Source of the DNA: an uncultured virus (IMG/VR IMGVR_UViG_2902076858_000006)
Lineage: Duplodnaviria > Heunggongvirae > Uroviricota > Caudoviricetes
IMG/VR virus record: IMGVR_UViG_2902076858_000006
Length of the DNA stretch: 25,726 nucleotides
Strand: one strand, 5' to 3'
Shown: positions 18,970 through 25,513 of the stretch, one piece after another
Layout: each line of letters begins with the position of its first letter
How positions within the stretch are numbered: the stretch's first letter is position 1
Position numbers and translations under genes: made by a program
Notes under the pieces: generated by a model
The model's input: the letters and a program-made list of their open reading frames with translations, nothing else
Told to the model about the DNA's origin: nothing
Databases searched by the model: none

Positions 18970-19027
18970 TGCCGACTCACAGCTCTTGTGTGAACAGTAT
19001 AAGTGGGTGTTGATTCTGTGGTCGACG
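18970..19027 (-). repeat. structured element, copy 2
   Basis: Minus strand GTCGACCACAG...CACAAGAGCTGTGAGTCGGC; U-G wobble on the minus strand. Confidence 0.7.
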
Positions 19028-19067
19028 TAGATGAAAAGGCTACAAAGTAACCTTATTTAATTTAGGG

Positions 19068-19097
19068 TTGAATACATTAATAAGAATAATTATCATT
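19068..19097 (+). promoter_or_regulatory. sigma70 promoter overlapped by a Fur box (copy A)
   Basis: TTGAAT-17 nt-TATCAT; TAAGAAT-A-ATTATCA (19081-19095) has 2 mismatches to the 7-1-7 Fur consensus TGATAAT-n-ATTATCA. Confidence 0.75.
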
Positions 19098-19102
19098 ACG
19101 CA

Positions 19103-19208
19103 TGTATCAAATTTGACAGGTCTGATACGAATTAGTACGACATGACTTACATTGCTTCTTGCGTTTATTTTATATGCCGATATGACTCCTAGCGTATCAG
19201 CATTTTTT
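19103..19208 (+). ncRNA. ryhB: RyhB-like Fur-regulated small RNA, copy A
   Basis: 5' hairpin GTATCA...TGATAC; core AGTACGACATGACTTACATTGCTTC versus E. coli RyhB AGCACGACATTGCTCACATTGCTTC; U-rich tract, terminator hairpin (one mismatch) and poly-T. Confidence 0.78.
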
Positions 19209-19295
19209 ATTTTGCGTTGAGTGGTTTTTTGTACGGATAATTTAGATGTGTATTTTAGATTTAGCACGATAACTCAAGATTAAATCTAGTCAGAT

Positions 19296-19321
19296 AGTCC
19301 ACTCATTACCAGAAGTAGGCT
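19296..19321. repeat. 26-bp degenerate palindromic cargo-boundary site L1
   Basis: AGTCCACTCATTACCAGAAGTAGGCT; its reverse complement resembles the R sites; ends 7 nt from the DUF3800 stop. Confidence 0.55.
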
Positions 19322-19328
19322 TTAACCT

Positions 19329-20441
19329 TTACAATTTTATACCATGTAAAAACCAATTATTTCTTCGTTGCTCTCTCTCGCTACTAACTACATGAAAAAA
19401 TCCTCTGCTAACATCCTCAGAAATATCAATAATACGTTTTAATGCGGAAAGTGTCTTAAATTGCTGACTAGTTAAATTTGCCTTATCAAGTGCTAATTGT
19501 TCATCATTTACATCTTTTAAGTAAGAAAAATACTTACCCAAAAATCCTGCGATAACGTCAGATAGTTGAATAGCCTCTGAGTTGTGGGATTTAACAAACT
19601 CATAATTATGTATTGGCATGTCATTGTCAGTTAGCGCGAAATCTTTAACATCACCCTGAATGCTTTTTTCTTCATCAAATATGTGAATGGAATTTTTAAA
19701 TAAAAATAAATTTCTTAAATAAAACACCATAAAACTATCGATCAGTTCTCGACCATGAGATCCCGATATGAATGGTAGATCTTCGACTTTAAGAGATTCT
19801 TTAACTAAACTTTTAAGCACGTTTGCTCGAAAATTCGGCAACATACAACTGTACATGCATGTAAAATCGATAAGCCATAGGCAAAACACATGAGCTTTTT
19901 CTTCAGGAATATTGGGATAGCTAAATTCATGTAGAGCATTCAGAAAAATATCAGAATTGCTATTGACAAGCTCATAGAAATCACTTTTAAGTGACATGTG
20001 GTTCATTATATAAAAAGGATGATGTAACTCACCAATAAGAGAATCAATAATGTCAATAACAGACCAGTACACGATATTAAGATTAAAGTAATGGATGTAA
20101 AATTTGTTTTCGATGAGCCAATTTAGAATAATTAAAAGCTTATCAGATTTAAGCATATCCAAAAAATTACCCTTAGCAATATGCTTGAGCTTTAGCTCAT
20201 GCGTACTTCCCTGAAGATTAAGCATTTGAAATAGTATTGAATAATCACTATCAGTGCTTAATCCTTTGTGTAGTATGCCGGCAAGGATGAAATTATCCGT
20301 CTTGTTAACATTAAAGCCAGAATCTTTTAAATATAGCTTTCGAATGTTATTCGTTTCATCATAATAAAATGTATAGACTTCATCAGTATTTTGAAGATCA
20401 TGATGCTGGATGAGCATTTCTCTATGTTTATTGACATCCAT
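19329..20441 (-). CDS. DUF3800-domain protein (RNase H-like fold), putative defence nuclease
   Basis: N-terminal YTFYYDETNN and C-terminal SHNSEAIQLSDVIAG motifs of DUF3800; probable start ATG 20441 after AAGGGG. Confidence 0.75.
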   Translation of the reverse strand: MDVNKHREMLIQHHDLQNTDEVYTFYYDETNNIRKLYLKDSGFNVNKTDNFILAGILHKGLSTDSDYSILFQMLNLQGSTHELKLKHIAKGNFLDMLKSDKLLIILNWLIENKFYIHYFNLNIVYWSVIDIIDSLIGELHHPFYIMNHMSLKSDFYELVNSNSDIFLNALHEFSYPNIPEEKAHVFCLWLIDFTCMYSCMLPNFRANVLKSLVKESLKVEDLPFISGSHGRELIDSFMVFYLRNLFLFKNSIHIFDEEKSIQGDVKDFALTDNDMPIHNYEFVKSHNSEAIQLSDVIAGFLGKYFSYLKDVNDEQLALDKANLTSQQFKTLSALKRIIDISEDVSRGFFHVVSSEREQRRNNWFLHGIKL

Positions 20442-20473
20442 TTCATTCCCCTTATGTAATTCTCCAAAGAAGG

Positions 20474-20644
20474 TCAATTTCCACAATCACCATATAAATC
20501 ACCAAGTTCTAGATAAGTTATACCCGCATATGACAAACCATCATAACTTTGCATGTTGCTATTGGTGGAGTACTACCAAAGTCATGACCACATGGGTAAT
20601 GCAAGAGCAAAAACATCGAATAGAGATTGTGGTAGCTTTTTCAT
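20474..20644 (-). pseudogene. decayed ORF fragment upstream of the DUF3800 gene
   Basis: ATG 20644: MKKLPQSLFDVFALALP / GHDFGSTPPIAT / QSYDGLSYAGITYLELGDLYG reads as protein-like text across two frameshifts. Confidence 0.35.
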
Positions 20645-20733
20645 ATATACAGGCAATATCCCTAAATATTTTCGAAATGCCTGTAGCGAATTGTGAACAG
20701 ATTTTAAGTTAGCCTAACAAACATACTAATGGA

Positions 20734-20801
20734 TGTCAGCTTCTCGTTCATGATGGACAACCATACTCAAATCTCCCAAATTGTAGGAGATGGAGCAGAC
20801 A
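20734..20801. repeat. inter-cassette imperfect hairpin containing boundary site R1
   Basis: TGTCAGCTTCTCGTTCATGATGGACA (20734-20759); outer arms TGTCAGCTTC / GGAGCAGACA and inner ATCTCC/GGAGAT. Confidence 0.5.
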
Positions 20802-20940
20802 CAGCGCAAACAGAAATAAAAATGTATTATATAATGTAGAATTACATAACTGTAGTTAAAAGACACTTCACATGGGTACATCATAACGTGATGATATCTA
20901 AACATATAGTATATTAAAACGTAAAGAAAAGGATTTATCA

Positions 20941-22449
20941 GTGGCGATCGTTAAAACATTTCATCTTAAAAGCAATCCCTTCGAGCATTACACTGCTGAA
21001 AATGAACCAGATATAAGTTTATATGCAGTAAGACCACCTTACCTTTCAGCCATAACTGATAGAGCCAGAAAGCTAAATTCTTTCATACTTTTTGGCAAAA
21101 GAGGGGCTGGTAAAAGTGCAACACGGTTGACAGTGTTTAAAGAAAATTATTCAACAGAAGAAAAAAAACCATTTTTAGTTAACTTAACTGACTTTACTGA
21201 TTTAATTGAAAAGTTTAAAAAAGGGAAGTTGACAGAAAGAGATATCATTTATCTTGTTGCCTACAATGTAATAGAGCAAATGTTAGGATGGATTTCTTTA
21301 CTTGATGAAGTTGAAAGAAAAAAAGTAATATCACAATTAAGCGCCAAACAGCGAGAATTGATTTTTGCATTGTTAAAAGGTTTTTATCTCTCTAAGAGCG
21401 AAGGAGAACGAGAGTTAACTACTGAAAACACTTTGAAATTATTGGATAGTGCATGGTTTAAAAAAAGTCAGGTATGGACAATTCACAGATGGGAATCTAT
21501 AAGTAAAGTTATAGCAGCAGCCATTAACGCACTTTCAAAAAAAACTTTAGAAGATGACACCATTGATATATCTAAGCCTGCTGAGGAATTACTTAAAAGC
21601 CTTACTGGTGAATCAGCCAATGCCCCACGGATTCTAATTAGCCGTTTAGTCTACTTTAGTCAATCTTTCGGTTTTTCGGGTATTTGTGTCTTAATTGATA
21701 AACTTGATGAAACTACTGTTACTACTAATTCTTCAGAAGCAACGGCTAAATTAATTTTTCCTTTACTATCAAATATACAGCTACTAGAGATTAGTAACTT
21801 TTCATGGATCGCATTTGTATGGGATGCAGTACAAGCTCATTTCAATAACAAGTATAAAATCAGACTGGATAAAATAGCTCATACAAATATATCATGGGAT
21901 AATGATGAACTTAAGGAAATGTTAGACAAAAGGATGTCATTCTTCTCAGATGGAAAATTAAACTTTGAAGGCATACTGAATATTAGTGGAGATAAAGGTA
22001 AGGCTATTGATCAACTTATTCATATTTCTGTTAAATCTCCACGAGAGCTCATAAAGCTATGCGACATCATATTTAGGGAGCATGATGCAAATGAATTAAA
22101 AGGCGGTATTAATGAACAGTCTTTGAACTCGGGGATTGACAAATATTGCCTAGATACAATCGGAACATGGTATGACAATGATGTCTTACAGCAAATTTAC
22201 AGATTAGGTAAAGATAATTTTGTCAACAAAGACGTTCAAAATTTATTTAAAATAAGTGATCAAGGTGCTCGTAATAAAATTAGAGGCTGGGAAGACATGC
22301 AAGTTGTTAAAAAAAAGGGCACCGCTCCGAGTGATGCAGGTGGCAAGTCAGTAACTCTTTATGAAGTAGCGGATCCTCGTATAGTCAGAATAATAAATAG
22401 AAAACTTGATCCTACTGTTGGTTTGTCAAATTTAAGCCAAGAAGAGTGA
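20941..22449 (+). CDS. P-loop ATPase (Sll1717/STAND-like) with C-terminal winged HTH
   Basis: Walker A GKRGAGKS, Walker B CVLIDKLDE, SPRELIK, C-terminal NKDVQNLFKISDQGARNKIRGWE; AAGGA RBS and GTG start. Confidence 0.8.
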   Translation: MAIVKTFHLKSNPFEHYTAENEPDISLYAVRPPYLSAITDRARKLNSFILFGKRGAGKSATRLTVFKENYSTEEKKPFLVNLTDFTDLIEKFKKGKLTERDIIYLVAYNVIEQMLGWISLLDEVERKKVISQLSAKQRELIFALLKGFYLSKSEGERELTTENTLKLLDSAWFKKSQVWTIHRWESISKVIAAAINALSKKTLEDDTIDISKPAEELLKSLTGESANAPRILISRLVYFSQSFGFSGICVLIDKLDETTVTTNSSEATAKLIFPLLSNIQLLEISNFSWIAFVWDAVQAHFNNKYKIRLDKIAHTNISWDNDELKEMLDKRMSFFSDGKLNFEGILNISGDKGKAIDQLIHISVKSPRELIKLCDIIFREHDANELKGGINEQSLNSGIDKYCLDTIGTWYDNDVLQQIYRLGKDNFVNKDVQNLFKISDQGARNKIRGWEDMQVVKKKGTAPSDAGGKSVTLYEVADPRIVRIINRKLDPTVGLSNLSQEE

Positions 22450-22475
22450 GCAATATCACTTAATTTGTGATTTAT

Positions 22476-22496
22476 GCACTGTTAACAGTGCTTTTT
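22476..22496 (+). terminator. terminator after the ATPase gene
   Basis: GCACTG-TTAA-CAGTGC followed by TTTTT. Confidence 0.7.
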
Positions 22497-22519
22497 ATCT
22501 TTCATAGAAAAATTGTCAG

Positions 22520-22647
22520 TATCCGTTTTTCGCTCAAACCAGACTGCCAGTCTCTAATTGTGTTCAACTTACAAACTTTGCAAACCCAAATTTGAATCAG
22601 TGCTCTTACAAAAACAATTAAGGCTACACATTATGCGTAGCCTTAAT
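22520..22647. repeat. right arm of duplicated module, copy A (site R2 plus hairpin); homologous to 25162-25297
   Basis: Shared blocks CGCTCAAACCAGACT, ACTTAC, CAAATTTGA, ACAAAAACAATT and a terminal hairpin. Confidence 0.75.
22617..22647 (-). terminator. terminator-like hairpin
   Basis: ATTAAGGCTAC...GTAGCCTTAAT, followed on the minus strand by TGTTTTTGT. Confidence 0.6.
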
Positions 22648-22731
22648 CTTATTCACGTTATCTAACTCAATTATTTTTTATCACTATTGTTTGCCGTTTT
22701 TCCATTTACCGATTTATTTTAGTTAATAAGG

Positions 22732-22789
22732 TGCCGACTCACAGCTCTTGTATGAACGGTATAAGTGGGTGTTGATTCTGTGGTCGGCG
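22732..22789 (-). repeat. structured element, copy 3
   Basis: Minus strand GCCGACCACAG...TACAAGAGCTGTGAGTCGGC. Confidence 0.7.
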
Positions 22790-22829
22790 TAGATGAAAAG
22801 GCTACAAAGTAACCTTATTTAATTTAGGG

Positions 22830-22859
22830 TTGAACATATTGATGAGAATAATTATCATT
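22830..22859 (+). promoter_or_regulatory. sigma70 promoter overlapped by a Fur box (copy B)
   Basis: TTGAAC-17 nt-TATCAT; TGAGAAT-A-ATTATCA (22843-22857) has 1 mismatch to the Fur 7-1-7 consensus. Confidence 0.82.
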
Positions 22860-22864
22860 ACAAA

Positions 22865-22970
22865 TGTATCAAATTGACAGGTTTGATACGAATTAGTACG
22901 ACATGACTTACATTGCTTCTTGCGTTTATTTTATATGCCGATATGACTCCTAGCGTATCGGCATTTTTTT
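22865..22970 (+). ncRNA. ryhB: RyhB-like Fur-regulated small RNA, copy B
   Basis: Perfect 5' stem GTATCAAA/TTTGATAC, RyhB-like core ACGACATGACTTACATTGCTTC, terminator ATGCCGATA/TATCGGCAT plus T7. Confidence 0.82.
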
Positions 22971-23295
22971 ATTGTATTGAGCAGTCCTTTCATACTTGTA
23001 ATTTAGAGATATATGATCAAATTCAATCTAATATTACTATGATTTAAGTCTAAATCTAATCAGATAGTCCGCACAGTGCCAAAAGATGCCTTAAGAAAAC
23101 TGTAAATTTGCATTAAGTGTGGTGCTATAACTCATCTGATTCAAATAAATTCGCATTTGAATTCATTTTGTGAAAACGATCTTAAAAAGCGGTTAAATCA
23201 ATATGTTATTGTGATGTTATAGTAGTATATTGTACTACATATGTGTTAGTAAACGTTTTGGTGCTGATATTGTTAACTATATAAAAGGAGTTATT

Positions 23296-24369
23296 ATGTG
23301 TGAAAATCCTATGGACATTAATGAATCCGAACAAAAAAATGCTATACAAGAACAAATTGCGGAAGTTCTTATGGATTATGAACTTCCCCCTCCCGGAGGG
23401 ATGAACTCAGCACATGTAGGTCGTTGGATAGAGCAATTTGAGGAAAGAGACAGACTTTTCATTCTTAAGCAAACGCTGGCGTTACTTCGAAACGCATATA
23501 TAAGCAAAAGTAATTATATAGATAAAATTAATGATATTCTTAGACATAAGAAGAATTTTTCTATAATCCGCGAATCAGCGTTCCTTAATATACAAGAAGC
23601 TAATCGTGGGACTAGTCAGAGAGATTTACTGGAACTGTTAGAAAGCCAAGCAGAGGAATCTGAAGAATTAGATATAGTTATTTTATCAAGAACGTCAACA
23701 AAACAAAAAGTTGAAGAATTTAATAGATTCATCTACTTCGACGATGTTTGTTTTTCTGGGAATAAGGCCTTGAACGATATTACTTGGTTTGTAGAATACT
23801 TTGATCTAAGTAATATTACTATTCGCGTGTGTTTCTTGGGAACTCATCGATATGCAACCTATATGCTAAAGACGACTCTCGAGAGAAAATTTCAAGAGCG
23901 AAATATCTCACTGATGATCAAAGAAGATGGATTCCTCAAAACGCGCGAAAATCGCCTTAGGTATTCCTCATCTTCTGAAGTTTTTTGGTTGCGCAGAAAT
24001 GGTATTGAGCTACCAGGCTGGATCCAACATCCGGAGATCTATACATCGCGTGAGGGCACTGAAAGGACTCATTTTGAGCCAAACGACATCTTTCTCAACA
24101 AAGCAGATCGCTATCGTTTTGAATATGCACTAACAAAGGCTGGTTTTTATATACTTCAGCAAAGTCAAAATCCTGCTTCGATTCTCAAACCTCTCGGCTT
24201 TTCAACATTCTCTGGACTAGGATTTGGTGGAACCATTTTTACTTATCGAAATTGTCCAAATAATACTCCACTAGCTTTTTGGTGGGGAAGATATGAGCGC
24301 GATGAGATTCCAAATTGGGCACTGGATTGCTGGTATCCATTAATGCGCAGAATTGGGTATAATCAGTAA
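23296..24369 (+). CDS. phosphoribosyltransferase-like protein (PRTase-CE-like)
   Basis: PRPP-loop-like FIYFDDVCFSGNK; C-terminal PLGF..F.GLGFG...YRNCPNNTPLAFW; AAGGAG RBS before ATG 23296. Confidence 0.7.
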   Translation: MCENPMDINESEQKNAIQEQIAEVLMDYELPPPGGMNSAHVGRWIEQFEERDRLFILKQTLALLRNAYISKSNYIDKINDILRHKKNFSIIRESAFLNIQEANRGTSQRDLLELLESQAEESEELDIVILSRTSTKQKVEEFNRFIYFDDVCFSGNKALNDITWFVEYFDLSNITIRVCFLGTHRYATYMLKTTLERKFQERNISLMIKEDGFLKTRENRLRYSSSSEVFWLRRNGIELPGWIQHPEIYTSREGTERTHFEPNDIFLNKADRYRFEYALTKAGFYILQQSQNPASILKPLGFSTFSGLGFGGTIFTYRNCPNNTPLAFWWGRYERDEIPNWALDCWYPLMRRIGYNQ

Positions 24370-24371
24370 CT

Positions 24372-24983
24372 ATGAGCTATAGAATTTATCCAAACAATGA
24401 GACTGTCAGTTTCAGGAAAACGACGGAAAAATGGGGTGGTCTATCTAACATGTCGCGTGGATATCCACTGTATGTTAACGATATTCCTATCCAATCGAGT
24501 GAAATCCTCTATCAGGCCTGCCGTTACCCCGACTATCCGGAAATACAAAAGGAGATAATTACTCTAAGCAATCCCTTTGAGGCGAAGCAAGTGGCTAGAT
24601 ACTATGAGCCGAAAACACGTGACGGTTGGGAAAAAAATCGAGTGTCCATAATGAAATGGTGCGTCCGGATAAAGCTTTGCCAGAATTGGGAAAGCTTTTT
24701 TCCACTCCTTAATTCTACAGGTAATATTAATATTGTTGAACATTCTGAAAAAGATCTTTTCTGGGGAGCTCGCCGTGAATCAGATGGTAGTTTTTACGGG
24801 ATGAATGTACTTGGTAGAATACTCATGGAAACTAGGGAAATAGCTAGAGCGCGTGGGCAAGACGGTTTCAAATTTATCCCTGCTCTGCAATTAGATAAAT
24901 TTCTACTACTGGGCGAACCGATCAAAGGTACTTCTACACTAAAACTGGGGCCATCCACAGGGCAAACCATGGAATTGTTTTAG
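24372..24983 (+). CDS. NADAR (YbiA-like) family N-glycosidase
   Basis: LSNM...SSE.LYQA.RY...EAK...W...MKW...K..QN...L.STG...IVEHS..D.FWG...G.N.LGRILMETRE; starts 2 nt after the upstream stop. Confidence 0.88.
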   Translation: MSYRIYPNNETVSFRKTTEKWGGLSNMSRGYPLYVNDIPIQSSEILYQACRYPDYPEIQKEIITLSNPFEAKQVARYYEPKTRDGWEKNRVSIMKWCVRIKLCQNWESFFPLLNSTGNINIVEHSEKDLFWGARRESDGSFYGMNVLGRILMETREIARARGQDGFKFIPALQLDKFLLLGEPIKGTSTLKLGPSTGQTMELF

Positions 24984-25010
24984 TTAGTTTCTAGCAAGGT
25001 ACATTTTACC

Positions 25011-25032
25011 CTCTCTTACAATAGTAAGAGAG
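25011..25032. terminator. perfect 9-bp hairpin after NADAR
   Basis: CTCTCTTAC-AATA-GTAAGAGAG; no clear U tract. Confidence 0.45.
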
Positions 25033-25161
25033 CCTATTCAAATTAGAAATATACACTGTACAGTTTTAACGCTTTGCTGTAAGGTTCTTAATAGATCAAT
25101 GAACCGTCAAGGATGATCTAAAATCTCCAAGCCCTTTCTTCTTTGAACATTTTACATATTA

Positions 25162-25297
25162 TGTCCACTTAGCGCTCAAACCAGACTATCTGGTCTAGAT
25201 TGTTTTTACTTACGACGCCTGTCAACTCAAATTTGAGTTAATACAATTTAGAACCTTTGACAAAAACAATTTTGACTGTACATAACGCATAGTCATA
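25162..25297. repeat. right arm of duplicated module, copy B (site R3 plus hairpin)
   Basis: TGTCCACTTAGCGCTCAAACCAGACT...CAAATTTGA...ACAAAAACAATT...TGACTGTAC/GCATAGTCA. Confidence 0.75.
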
Positions 25298-25302
25298 AAT
25301 AG

Positions 25303-25330
25303 CAAAAAACCCCGCCGAAGCGAGGTTTTG
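25303..25330 (-). terminator. intrinsic terminator of the csp-ymcF-like transcript
   Basis: Minus strand AAAACCTCGC-TTCG-GCGGGGTTTTTT, UUCG tetraloop. Confidence 0.85.
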
Positions 25331-25350
25331 TATATTCAACTATTTAATGC

Positions 25351-25506
25351 TTAACTCATTTGAGCTGTCATCACACTTTTGCAAAAGATACATTTTGCGC
25401 CGTGTGGGTTGTTCACTGTGACATCAAATTGTGATGTTCTATATTGTGATGTTCTATATTGTGAACCGCTACAACAAGGGCATTTAAAATAGAGGCGAAT
25501 AGTAAT
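25351..25506 (-). CDS. ymcF: YmcF/YnfQ-family cold-shock zinc-ribbon small protein, ATT start
   Basis: (ATT)TIRLYFKCPCCSGSQYRTSQYRTSQFDVTVNNPHGAKCIFCKSVMTAQMS; CPCC..SQYRTS.FDV...NP.GAKCIFCKS matches YmcF; directly downstream of csp. Confidence 0.85.
   Translation of the reverse strand: MTIRLYFKCPCCSGSQYRTSQYRTSQFDVTVNNPHGAKCIFCKSVMTAQMS
25429..25464. repeat. 15-bp tandem duplication inside the ymcF-like gene
   Basis: TTGTGATGTTCTATA x2 plus TTGTGA. Confidence 0.9.
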
Positions 25507-25513
25507 AGCGCCT

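Larger units (their letters stand above)
18942..19321. repeat. left arm of duplicated module, copy A (direct repeat of 22703-23091)
   Basis: 18942-19210 is nearly identical to 22703-22972. Similarity then degrades but returns at TAAATCTARTCAGATAGTCC. Confidence 0.92.
22703..23091. repeat. left arm of duplicated module, copy B
   Basis: Direct repeat of 18942-19321; ends in site L2 AGTCCGCACAGTGCCAAAAGATGCCT (23066-23091). Confidence 0.92.

Noticed and set aside
19040..19267. 75-aa minus-strand ORF
   Set aside because: It is the antisense of the RyhB-like gene and promoter, and its start region is not preserved in the second repeat copy.
20410..20712. 100-aa plus-strand ORF
   Set aside because: Overlaps the DUF3800 start antisense, has no convincing RBS and atypical composition.
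23230..23295. TTG-start N-terminal extension of the PRTase-like ORF
   Set aside because: ATG 23296 has a strong AAGGAG RBS; the extension is probably untranslated.
23296..24983. Calling the operon DarTG1 or ShosTA
   Set aside because: The first gene has a PRTase-type motif, not a DarT ADP-ribosyltransferase, and the partner is NADAR rather than DprA-like.
25054..25070. Possible LexA box (ACTGTACAGT palindrome)
   Set aside because: Spacing does not fit CTG-N10-CAG.
19281..25203. IS element or autonomous transposon
   Set aside because: No transposase or integrase ORF in the window, and no clear target-site duplication seen at the inverted sites.
18171..25464. CRISPR array interpretation of the repeats
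   Set aside because: No regularly spaced repeat-spacer units and no cas genes; the 15-bp tandem repeat is a coding duplication.
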